DNA of 64,000 bases from Felis catus (taxonomy: Eukaryota). Every line of letters starts with the position of its first letter. Position 1 is the stretch's first letter. Made by a program: the position numbers and the translations under genes. Location of the stretch: positions 86,306,001-86,370,000 of the forward strand of contig NC_058368.1 in assembly GCF_018350175.1 (NCBI RefSeq), written 5' to 3'. The notes below the pieces were generated by a model. The model saw nothing but the letters and a program-made list of their open reading frames with translations, was not told where the DNA came from and did not search any database. Below, one piece after another: positions 39,361-51,440 of the stretch.

Positions 39361-40299
39361 CTACAGTTTCAAAAAGCAGATTCTCTGAATCATTCTTCTC
39401 AGGGCTCCCATCACCTCCTTGTTTCGCAGGCTGTAAATGATAGGGTTGAGCATTGGGGTCAGAATGGTGTAGAAGACAGCCAGAACCTTGTCCTCTGCTG
39501 GAGATCTCAGCGATCTTGGGCGTAGGTAAGTGTAAGCAAAAGGTACATAGTATAAAGTTACCACTGTGAGGTGTGTGCTGCAGGTCGAATAGGCCCTCTT
39601 CCTCCCTTCTGTTGAGTGCATGCGGCAGATGGCAAGGAGAACTCGGCCATAGGAACATGCAATGCCAATGAAAGGAAACACAAGAAAGAGGGTGGTACTC
39701 ACAAACACTGTGTACTCATAGACCCAAGTGTCCATGCAAGCCAGAGTCAACATGGCTGGGACATCACAGAAGAAATGGTTGATGGACCTGGATCGACAAT
39801 AAGGGATATGGAGGGCATATACAGTGTGGGCACAGGAGTTGATTGAGCCCATTATCCAAGATCCTGTTATCATCAACACACACACTTTTTTGCTCATACG
39901 AATGGGATAGTGAAGAGGAAAGCAAATAGCCACATAACGATCATAAGCCATAGATGTCAAGAGCAATGCTTCTGCCCCTCCTAAAGTCAAGAAAAAGAAG
40001 CTCTGAAAACCACACCCAATGAAGGAGATAGACTTGTTTCCAAACACAAAATTGGAAGCCATCTTGGGAACAATAGTGGAGATGTAATTTAGGTCAATGA
40101 GGGAGAGCTGACTAAGTAAGAAATACATGGGTGTGTGTAGATGAGTGTCTAGGAAGATGAGTAGAATCATGGACAGGTTGCCAAACAGAGCCATTAGAAA
40201 AATGAGGACAATGAGAATAAAAAGGAGCAGGCCTATTCTTGATGGTGGAAACAACCCCAATAAAATGAAATCAGTTGATTTTTGAGTATAATTTTCCAT
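39361..40299 (-). CDS. OR2L: Olfactory receptor, family 2 subfamily L (OR2L2/3/5/8-like), intact, 312 aa
   Basis: Uninterrupted ORF with GN, LHTPMYFLLSQLS, MAYDRYVAIC, HFFCDVP, KRAYSTCSTHL, PMLNPIIYSLRNKEV; N-terminus MENYTQKSTDFILLGLFP typical of OR2L; true ATG at 40299, not the track's 40350. Confidence 0.97.
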   Translation of the reverse strand: MENYTQKSTDFILLGLFPPSRIGLLLFILIVLIFLMALFGNLSMILLIFLDTHLHTPMYFLLSQLSLIDLNYISTIVPKMASNFVFGNKSISFIGCGFQSFFFLTLGGAEALLLTSMAYDRYVAICFPLHYPIRMSKKVCVLMITGSWIMGSINSCAHTVYALHIPYCRSRSINHFFCDVPAMLTLACMDTWVYEYTVFVSTTLFLVFPFIGIACSYGRVLLAICRMHSTEGRKRAYSTCSTHLTVVTLYYVPFAYTYLRPRSLRSPAEDKVLAVFYTILTPMLNPIIYSLRNKEVMGALRRMIQRICFLKL

Positions 40300-40319
40300 G
40301 GGGCATTGATGCAATTTTC

Positions 40320-40347
40320 CTGAAGGCAGATAGAAAAGTAAGTCAAT
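40320..40347 (-). promoter_or_regulatory. Probable splice acceptor 20 nt upstream of the OR ATG
   Basis: Minus strand ttgacttacttttctatctgccttcAG|gaaaatt: branch-like site, pyrimidine tract and CAG, as expected for OR genes with 5' non-coding exons. Confidence 0.7.
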
Positions 40348-41199
40348 CACAGAATATGAAGCTTTTTTTTTAGTTGTGTAGTATCTAAAATCTTACAGTG
40401 CTTAAGTAAATAACTGAATGTTTCTATTTTGTAAAAACAAAAAACAAAAAAAAACAAAAAACACAACAAATTATTTTTTGACCTAGAGATTAAAATTTGA
40501 AGATTCAAGCATTAGTAGCCTAAATCTTTTCTAAGAAATCTTTAATGTCATTAAAAAAACATATATTCGCTAAGAATTTATCAGGATACATACATTTAGC
40601 TTACGTAAACATACACAAGTATTGCCAAAATCATATGCTTATTCAAAATGCATGCACATAAAATCAACATAAATGCATACATTGTACAGTCATTTTAAGA
40701 GTAATGTTTGTGACCCATAAAGGATCATTTTTCTTTTATATCTAAGACTTACTTCTAAAACTGCAGCAGCCTATCAGCTTATGTTGAGGAATAATATTTA
40801 TTTCTTGAGTCCTCTTTGCATAGTAATATCAAATAAAACATCCTTGAAGTCAGGTAACACTATTTGGTTCACATGTTCTGAAATTGTGAATGAATACTTG
40901 ATGTCAAGTACCATTGATATAAAATCTTCTCTTCTTCCTTCTGAATGATACAGTTAGAGTCGACTCTTCAACTTAATATCTATACACCATAGTCATGGCA
41001 GGTTCCATAAATCTGCTAGAGTTTCCCAATAACCATATGTTTATAGACATTTCTTATATATTTTATCATAGAGTATCAAAATTATTATCAATCATATTCC
41101 AGAATATGGTATAGTTAAGAGCCGACTCATGTAGTATCCATCACAAATCCAGAGCAGTAGTTCGTAGACAATATAAGCAGTAGCCCTTATTATCAATGT

Positions 41200-42110
41200 T
41201 AATAGAATTACCATATGATAGAACAATACCACTTCTGAGTACATGTCCAAGAGAAATGAAATCAGAGTCTAAAATAGATATTTGTACACCCATGTTTATA
41301 GCAGCTTTATTCACAATAACTACAAAGTGTAAGCAACAAAAGTGCCCACTGACAGACAAATAATGAACAAACAAAATACAGCATGTGTGTGTGTTTGTAT
41401 ATATATGTATAATATATATGCATATTATATATAGTATTATATAATAGCATAATATATATAACATATAACATATATAACATATAACATATATCATATTATA
41501 TATTATGCCGTTATATATACTATATATATTATATATATATATGCTAATATATTATATATTATATATAATACCAATTATATAATATATATTGTTATAATAT
41601 AATTATAATATATAATTTATTATATAATATTACATTATATAGTATATATGATTATATAATAATTATATATTATATAATAGCATAATATATTATATAATAG
41701 CATATTCTGATTATTTAATGCATATATATATATATATATATACACATATATACATAATCATTCGCTTTTTTAAACGAAGAAAATTCTGTTATATGCTACA
41801 GGATAAATGAAGTTTCCAGATATTATACTAAGTAAAATAAACCAATCAAAAGAAGCCATATGCATGATTTAACATATACAAGGTACCCAGAGTAATCAAA
41901 TTCATAGAAATGAAAGTGGAATGGGCGTTAAGAGGGCCCGAGAGGAAGGAGAAATGGGGAGTTAATACTTAATGGGTGTAGAGTTACAGTTGGGCAAGAT
42001 ATAATTTTGGGGATGATGATGGTAATGATTAAGCAATAATATGAGTTTCATTAATGTCATTGGAATGTACACTTAAAAATAAAATGGTAAGTTTTATTAT
42101 ATAATAAATA
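41200..42110 (+). mobile_element. Old L1 3' fragment with an internal AT-rich expansion (~41395-41755)
   Basis: gaattaccatatga, catgtttatagcagctttattcacaata, L1M 3'UTR motifs. Confidence 0.8.
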
Positions 42111-43224
42111 TATATGTATGTATTTACTCCCATTAAAAATTCAGAGGTAGAATATAAGTGTACCTAAATTATTTCATGTTTGGCACCTACAACAAGGACC
42201 AGAATATGTGCAGTGCAATTGACCTTTGTATAAAGTGTGTCCTCCGAAAAATTGCAAAGAAAAGAGTGGGAGAGCAAATTTTTTCCATAAATGCCATTTG
42301 GATTCAATGTATCACATATTATACCATTTTCCATAGGATACCATTTATATTAGTATTTTAATGATTGACAAGAAAAAATATAATATTTGAAATTACCAAT
42401 AAAATTATGATCACTCTTACCACATACATTTTATATAAGGCTCTCTGTGATGAATTTACCATGAGGTGGTTAGTATTATTCCACTCTAAAGGTGTAAAAC
42501 ATCAGCACAGAAAACAAATAATTAATGTCACATCATATCTGGTATTTGATGCTATGTATCATGACTGCCAGATGAACACTTTTTTTTGTTCTAAGATGAG
42601 AATTTTTATTACTCATGTTGCATTGTTCTAATATCCTGTCATGGGACATCATTTAAAGGACCCCTGAATCTGACATTGAAGCGTATTGAACTCTTGAGTA
42701 ACAGCCTTGAAAATTTCAGGGTCTCAAGTCGAGAGAACAATTTTTCTTAGGTAAAAATAAATCCAATAACTTATTTTTATTCCCTGTAGGTTGATTTTAT
42801 CCATTGGAATAACAATAAATAGCCTATATTTAGCTTATTTACAAGACATTTTCCATCTCTTTAATTCCTCAAATTTCCTTAAAAATTGCATTCTAGGCAT
42901 CAGCATTTATAACAAGTGTACATAGGAGGAAAGAATGTCAGAAAACATTCTGATAATATTTCATAGTGAACAGAAGAAACAAGCCTAGAATGTTTTTCAG
43001 GTCCTACAGGAAAGAGAAAATAGTGGTGCGAAAATAAGTTGGTAACTGGAATGTGTCAGAGTATGTTCCAGAATTAATTATATTTGATCCTGACTGTGGA
43101 TGAACCTCTTGAATATGATATTACAATGATATTTTATTCATGACAAATTGAGTTGCAAAGATTCTATGCAGCTTTAACTAAATACATATAATTGAATAAC
43201 TGGATTTCCTATCTGTCATCACTG

Positions 43225-43318
43225 TATGTATGTATGTATGTATGTATGTATGTATGTATGCATCTATCTCTATCTCTGTCTATATGTCTATCTATCTATC
43301 TATCTATCATCTATCTAT
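43225..43318. repeat. (TATG)n/(TCTA)n microsatellite; (CA)n nearby at 43417-43478
   Basis: Direct reading. Confidence 0.95.
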
Positions 43319-43421
43319 CCTCATTTCTCTAAAAGCATCCCCCATATTATCGCTCAAATATTAAATATTTTGAGGTAATAAATTTGAAATAAGACAGGGT
43401 CAATTTTTATCCACCAACACA

Positions 43422-43459
<38 letters not shown>

Positions 43460-43700
43460 TACATACACACACACACACTGAAAAAGGAAGAATAAATTAA
43501 TGTTGTTAAGTTAGAAATGCTATACAGGTGGTAAAGTAAAGAATGCATGTGAAAGCTTCTTTGAAACGTGAATAAAATTATATTACCAATAACTGTTTAC
43601 TTATTTGGACATATTCTCCTATTTTCTCAGATATATTGGTTTTACTGCACTATGACCACACACATTGTCTTATAACAAACAATGTTCTCTAGAACCTTTT

Positions 43701-43803
43701 CCTGTTTCCGATTCTGTGTTTCCCTCTCTCTCTGCCCCTCCCCCATTCATGCTCTGTCTCTCTCTGTCCCAAAAAATAAATAAAAACGTTGAAAAAAAAT
43801 TTT
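43701..43803 (+). mobile_element. 5'-truncated young felid SINE
   Basis: Starts at cctgtttccgattctgtg; short TSD aaccttt at 43693 and 43806. Confidence 0.88.
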
Positions 43804-45519
43804 AAAACCTTTACATAAAATTCAATTCTTGCTCTGTTCCCAATGTAAAAGTGTCCTTGCTTATAAAGGCACAGCCATATTATCTCCTTTGTAATTTATA
43901 TTGTAGATGTCTATACTCTACATAATGCGGAAAATCTTCCAAATGCTGTACAAGTTCAAAATGAATTAAACTATTACCATCTCTTAAAGTCAATATGCAT
44001 CAATATTATTGCAGACCTTTTATCCTATGTTCATATTGGAGTTGAAAATTAAATACTGAAAAGGCCTCATGTGGCTGATTCATACATTTATAGAAAATAT
44101 GCTTGTTAAAACTATTTCTCATTATCAAAAGATAAAATCACAGAGTTAGGTAGTGACTTATTCACGTCTGTGCAGTGACCTAGTGATAGCGTTGAGAAAC
44201 ATGGAGGAGTGTCCTGTCGAAACTAGATTAATACAGAATTTTCCACTAAGGCATGGATTTTCATGCCCTTGTACTCTTCACGTTTGATCAAAACTATTCT
44301 CAAAGAAAAATCATTCTTAATTACACAGTAAGGCTGATCATTTACAGAGGTACAGAGCAAATATGCATTTCCCTAAGCCCCCTCCATAATTTGGCTTTGC
44401 AGGAAAAGAAATTAGATCAGACTTTTAGGAACCTGTAAAGCACAAGATACTCTCCACCAAGTTTCACAGAAATTTGAATTGCTTTGTCTTTTCTCAAGAT
44501 CCCTGTAATACCCTAAAAATGTGGGCTCTCCCCCAAAATGTCATTTTTTATTCACCTGGCAGTCTGCAAAACCAGTGAACCAAGTTAACAGATCAGTTTT
44601 CCCAGGAGGACTTTGAATGCATTAGGTAGGTAAAGTGGATCTTCGTTCCTAAAAGTCGGCTGATCATTCCTCGATGTCCATGTCTATAGCAGGAATTATT
44701 TTTAAAAGCAGAATTCTTTTGCATAGCCATCAGTTGTAAAATTTTAAGTATTGTAAAATGGCTTTTATAGAATATAGAATCAGATGATCCAGAAGAGGGT
44801 CCTCTGGGATCTAGGTCAGGGTAATTCTCCACAGTATCCTCTTAGGGAAATCTACAGGAGATTTCACAGCCTTTCAAGGGTTTCCACAAAACAGATTTTA
44901 CTAAAAGGACAAAGAGTACATAGTTTGCAATACTTTAGTGAATTGGGAATTTTAATGACAGTATTTAATATTCAAGACACGTGAATTTTCAGTTTTAAGA
45001 GGAACTATACATTTTTAGAGTATAAAGAGATCTAGAATACACAATGAATATCTGTGTAGGTGCATGCTTGTGTGATTCCAATCCATACAAGTCCTTAAAA
45101 TTCCACAAAGGTGAATCAGCATTAGTAGGTAATTTGGTAGGCAGATAATAGAAACTGATTAAAAGAACTGTCTTTCAAATTATGTTTTGCAGTGAGAATT
45201 GATTTATTTTGTTTCATTTTACACATACCCTGGAGAGTTTAGGTTTAAAGTTAGATGTACTTCTAGCTCCCCTACTACGGGAAATGCGATAGTGGATTAA
45301 AGAATTTAACTATTAGAGGCTGTACACTTACGTGGAACAGATACAAAGAAACTGGGATATTGCAAGTTACCTATGAGATGAAAAATAAGGAAAACATAGT
45401 GCATATTTGGCTATAACTTATCTCTGAAGAATAGCCATAAGTTTTAGCATCTTTATCATTATCATTGTCATCACAATTACTTATTTTCTCTTCACTTTTC
45501 TTTTTCCTTGTTTTTAAAA

Positions 45520-45730
45520 GAAATTTTTTACTATTTATTTATTTTTGAGAGAGAGGCAGAACGTGAGCAGGGGAGGGGCATAGGGAGAAGAGGAGACACA
45601 GAATCCAAAGCAGCCTCCAGACTCTAAGCTGTCAGCATAGAGCCTGGCTCTGGGCTCAAATTCATAGACTACAAGATCATGACCTGAGCTGAAGTTGGAC
45701 GCTTAACCAGCTGAGCCACCCAGGTGCCCC
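45520..45730 (-). mobile_element. Can-SINE
   Basis: Reverse SINE body ending caggtgcccc. Confidence 0.92.
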
Positions 45731-46064
45731 CACTTCATTTTCATACACTACATGCATGATAAAATTTTTAAGTTGTTTCCATATGTTATACTCCTTGGAT
45801 CTTCACACAAAATCTCCAAAGTTGTTAACACAGATATCCCCTGCCCTCCTACTGGAACTAATTAATGTGCACAAGAAGTATAAAAAATATATATGTGAAA
45901 GTTAAAGCGTAAACACTTCAATTTCACATAGCTTGTGTTTAAAAAACATGGATTAACAGAAGTAAAACCATGGTTACTTGGAGTATTTCCCAAAGTTGTC
46001 TTTCAAAGCTTACACACACGTACACACACACACACACACACACATGCTATTAGACATTTGTTTT

Positions 46065-46288
46065 TAAAATTTTAAATGTTTATTTATTTTTGAGAGGGGG
46101 GGAGAGAGAGAGAGAGAGAGAGCGAGCATCAGTGAGGAGGGGCAGAAAGAGAAGGAGAGAGTATCCCAAGCAGGCTGCAGTATCTGAGCTGCCAGCACAG
46201 AGCCTGATGTGGTGCTTGAATCACAATCTGTGAGATCATGAACTGAGCCAAAGTCAGATGCTTAACTACTGAGACATCCAGGTGCTCC
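46065..46288 (-). mobile_element. Can-SINE
   Basis: Reverse SINE body. Confidence 0.9.
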
Positions 46289-49239
46289 TAGACTTTTTTT
46301 TTACACTCACTAGTTGCAAATTCCCCTTGCTCTCTGAAGGTAGAGCGCTTCTATAAAATATTTCATAAGCTGAAAGTGTACAAAGTGAAGACACAATTCC
46401 CATTAATATATAGAAAACGTTTTCATTATTGTCAGAATAAAAAATAATCACCACTTCTGGATACCTTAGTACACCTCTTGCTAATGGGCGTTCATAACAA
46501 ATCACGGTAAACAAGTGCTTACAGGCACAGTTCAAAACTATACAGGATGCTGGTATTGTTAATGCAGTCCTAGGGAAGCAGCTTGCCAGCGCCACTCTCA
46601 CGGATCCAGGTGCACGCTGCCTTTATATGGGCTGGCTGCTAAATAAACACCGAATGCTAATTTCACCTTTGGCCTTCCTTTTTTCTGGAAAAGTGAAAAC
46701 CTTTTTCTGATTTATTTGGGTTAGCGAGAACAGTACTAAAGTCAGTCTTCTGTGTAAAAGCAAATTGGCATCACAAAAACTTAAAAAAAGCGAGGGATAC
46801 CTGTTTTCTGTTGTGTAGTTTTATATAAAGTCTAGACAAGTAATTTCTAGGTTTTAATTAGAAAGAGCGAATTTCTGCAGAGAAAACAAAGCAAGTAGGA
46901 AATGCCATTAAGATTACCACGGGTGCCATTTAAGCACCCTTCAATCATGCAAATATAATAAACAATATAATAAACAAATACAATAAACAATGTCTCTACA
47001 AACCTTCTTGAGGACTTGTACCCTTAGGTGTTAGGGTTCTTTAATTCTCACTTGAGCACATCCAAAGCTTACTTCAATATGAGCCTTACCTCATTTCCCA
47101 TCCAGAGAGCAATTTGTGAATCAGCTCCAAAGTCACTTTTGTAATCTGTTTTACATTCTACCATTGGCGCTGAACAACATTGGGAAAAGAGTATCTGTTC
47201 ATTCAAGCCCAAACTCCCTTTCAAATCTTCTATTTCCTAACCATCTCTCACATACATCACTTATTTCCTAAACTGACCACTTTAAGTCTAAATAATTTCA
47301 ATCCAAACTGTCACAAATACTACCAAAGAAGTTAATGAAAGCTATGTAATCAATACCTATATGATCACATCCTGCCCTTGAGTGAAAACATTTTTACTTC
47401 TGAAAAATATAATTCATGTTACCTATGTTTTGTTTAGTACTGTAATTTTTAAATTCCAGTATAGTTAACATATAGTGCTATATTAGTTTCTGTTGTACAA
47501 TATAGTGATTTAACAATTCCATACATCACCCAGTGCTCATCACAACAAGTGCACACTCTAATTTCCATTATCTATGCTTCTTTAAAGCATTCTTGACGAG
47601 GCTGCAATCTTCCCCATTTCCAGAAGATGCTTCATAGGCAGTGGATAAAATGAATTCTCCATTCTTTAAAGAATATTGTTTGTCCTTCAACTTTTTTTCT
47701 CAAAAGGTCTTGGTTCAGTTATTACCAAAACAAAATTCTTATATTTGAAGTACCATTTTAATTTATATATAAACATTTATTATATATTTTAGAATAGAGT
47801 ATCATAATTATTATCAATTATACTCCAGAATATGGTAGAGTTAAGAGTAAGCTCATATATTATTCCTCACAAATTCAGTGTTCATAGACAATATCACCAG
47901 TAGCCTTTATTATCAATTTTACTGTGTTTCAATATCATTTCACAATCATTATAATCAGATTGATTCTCAGAAGTATACAATACTGCATTTTAAATTTAAA
48001 AAGAATGTGATGTCTTAAAACAATGTACGAGTTTCAAGTAATCGATTCATTTATTTAATTTTTAAGGCTATATACTCAAATATAGAGTATTATATGTTGT
48101 TTAATCTTACTTCAATCAAATTTAAAAAAATAGGATTCTCTGGTTAATGAAATGCTTAAATGTATGTATTGCTTTTTATACACAAAGGTACTAGATTATA
48201 AATGAAATTTTCTCAAGCACTTGCTGAGGATGCTCACTTCTTGTATGATTATTCGAAACAAACAAACAAACAAACAAACAAACAAACAAACTGAGATTAC
48301 TATTGTAGCTTGTATTATCTCCGCAGTCTGTACTTTCACAAATGCACTGGTTTGGTTACCTGACAGTGGCCCAATTTCATCATATGAACAGAGTCATTTC
48401 ATGTGTAAGCTTCCTCGAATATTTTTCAAATGAGTGTACATTTTTATCTCCATACTTGAAATTTGAGATCCCTCCAAAAAACGCAGCAGCAATGATGAAT
48501 CTATGTCTTCTTTAACTGGATATTTAATATAAAGCATTTTTTGTGTGTTTGGCTTGTTTTATTTCTTTGTACTTACTATAAACTGAGACTTGGACAACAT
48601 AGGTTAAGTTACTAATAGCCCAAGATAGACATAAGCCAAAGTTGGGAAAGGAGCTCAAATGATTTCTTTAGATGTTTTCACAGGTGTGTTAAGGATCAAT
48701 TCAGTGGTTAGAGAAACAAAAATATTTATTCAATTTATATCAATATTATTGTGTCTCTCAAGTTTTATGGATCATATATTTTATATATTGCTCAGAGTAA
48801 TTTCACAGTAAATACATATCTGCATACATTGATTTATTTCCCAATTTTGATTATACTGGCCAACAATTTTAATAGTTCAATGCAATATGATTAGTTTAAT
48901 AAAACATATAGGAAATTACTAAAATATTGTAAATATGAGATCTACCTTTATTTAGGCATGACATATTTTCAAAATATCCATTCTTTTGGTAAAAAAAAAA
49001 CACTAAACTATGACACAATGTTTACTTACTAAACTAAATAATAAAAATAATATTATTCATTTTATTGCAATATTTTAAGAAAATGTTTCACAATACAATT
49101 TCATTGCAGAAAATACCTTAAATATACTTATGTTTTTCCTGTCTTCCATTAACTGAATTACTTAGACTTTTTACTTGGTAAAAAATAGCAAGTAAAATAA
49201 AAAAAATATTAAGTTATTTGATTTCCTAATTATATTGTA

Positions 49240-50760
49240 TTTCAGAACCACTTTCTTATGTCCAATCTATTTTGAGTTCCTTGAACTTTATGGACCTGTG
49301 TGCTTATATCCCTCCTCAGATTTGGGAGGTTTTATGTTATTAATTCCTTAACTAAGCCTGCTGCCCCTTTCTCTTTCTTTGCTCCTTCTGGTGTTGTCAT
49401 GATGCATACCTAAGTTTTCTTTGGGGAACATAAGTTCTGTAGTTTTTTTAAACTCTTTTTTAGTCTATTTTTCTTTTATTTTTCTGACTGTATAATTTCA
49501 AAGTATCTGTCTTTGAGCTCACTGATTCTTTCTTGTGCTTGATGAAGTCTGTTCAGCCTCTGTATTGATTTTTTTCAGTTCAATCATTATGTTCTTCAGT
49601 TCTAGAATTTCCATTGGTCCCTTTTTCATGGTTTTAAACTTTGTTAAACATCATTTCTCTCAAATATTGTTTTTCTGTGCTCATGTAGGTAAAGATTCTG
49701 AATTCTTTGTCAGGTAGTTTTTAGATCTCCATTTCTTTACAGTCAGTTGCTTGTGTTTTATTATTTTTTGTTTCAAGTTTTGTTTAAATTCCAGTTAGTT
49801 AACATATAGTGTAATAATATTGGTTTCTGGAGTAGAATTTAGTGATTCATCACTTACATACAACACCCAGTGCCCATAACAACAAATGCCCTTCTTAATA
49901 CCCATCACTCATTTAACCCATTCCCAACCACCTCCCCTGCATCAACTCTCAGTTTTTTCTCTGTCCTAAGTGTCTCTTATGGCTTGCCTCCTTCTCATTT
50001 TTCCCCTTCCATTATGTTCCTCTGTTTTGTTTTGTAAATTTCACACATTTGTTAAATCATATGATATTTGTCTTTCTCCGACAGACTTGTTTTGCTTAGC
50101 ATGATACACTCTAACTCCATCCACATCATGGCAAATGTCAAGATTTTATTCTTTTGATGGCTGAATAATATTCCATTGCATATATATACCATTTCTTTCT
50201 CCATTCATCAGGGGATGGACTTTGGACTCTTTTCATAACTTGGCTATTGTTTGTGTTTCATTCTATTTTGGTAGTATCATGTTTCCCTGACACTTTGGGA
50301 ATCTTATAGGATTACACTGAAGTAACTATTCACTTTTTCTTTATCTATAGACTGGATTTGACAGAGAAAGTCTTTCACCAGTTTAGCCAGAAATTTTGGA
50401 CAGGCCAGCAAGAAGTTATCACAAATGGATCTCCTCACAGGGTCCATGGTTAATTGGGCTTGATACTTTGTGTCTGTAGTGATGATGCATTCTCACTTGA
50501 CACTCTTTTCCCTACGGGAGTACTCTAAAGCAGAAGAAATCTCTCTGATCCGTGTTACATGGTATGAAAGAGGGGTGTCTCACGTAGAGTGAAACTATCC
50601 TTCCTACCTTCTTCAGTTTATTTGAACTTTTTTATGGAATCCAGAACTCTAAAAGAAGTATGTTTGTGGATGGATGGTTATTTATATTCATGTTTGTGTG
50701 AAGAGATGTGGGCCAGATCCTCCTATTCCTGCATTATCCAGACACAATTAGCATGTGTGG
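49240..50760 (-). mobile_element. Old L1 5'/ORF1 fragments interrupted by a carnivore L1 3' end (~49780-50250)
   Basis: aaattccagttagttaacatatagtg 3'-end signature; ORF1-like antisense sequence. Confidence 0.65.
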
Positions 50761-50810
50761 AGAGGTCAGGATAACTCTGTATCCAGTCATAGAAGTACTG
50801 AGTGAGACAT

Positions 50811-51025
50811 GGGGTGCCTGGGTGGCTCAGTTGGTTTAGTGTTCGACTTCGGTTCAGGTCACGATCTTAATTTTCGAGGGTTTGCGTGCCAGGTCAGGCT
50901 CTGTGCTGACAGCTCTGAGCCTGCAGCCTGTTTTAGATTCTGTCTCTGGCTCTCTCTGTCCCTCTCCTGTTTGTGCTCTCTCTGTCTCTAAAATAAATAA
51001 AGATTTAAAAAGTTAAACAAAAAAA
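50811..51025 (+). mobile_element. Can-SINE with TSD
   Basis: TSD actgagtgagaca at 50797 and 51029. Confidence 0.93.
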
Positions 51026-51282
51026 AGAACTGAGTGAGACAACACTACCATGGCTCAGCAAACTCAATGAGTGAAGTGATCCTGAAATACCCCTGCATTC
51101 CCCAAATGTGTATCAATAAAAGGTGGAGACTGGGTGCCACATATATCCCCAAGAGACACCACAAAATCAACCATGTTGTGATGCCATGGCATTTGGTTTA
51201 TCCTAATAAATGAAAGAATAATAAAGAAAATCCTGATAGTTTACATTTAATTTCTGTTTTTAATCTAATTGAATTATACATA

Positions 51283-51389
51283 AGTCACACAGCTCTTAAA
51301 TAAATGATCCCATTTATTTATTTTTGTTATATATTTACTAATTTATTTATTTAATTTATTTTTTAATATATTTTTAAAATTTTGTGTGC

Positions 51390-51440
<51 letters not shown>

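Noticed and set aside
39299..39846. Alternative-frame and antisense ORFs over the OR gene
   Set aside because: Shadow ORFs with no recognisable motifs
40300..40350. 17-aa N-terminal extension of the OR in the ORF track (329 aa)
   Set aside because: It starts at a non-ATG codon and spans the predicted intron acceptor; the family-typical start is ATG 40299
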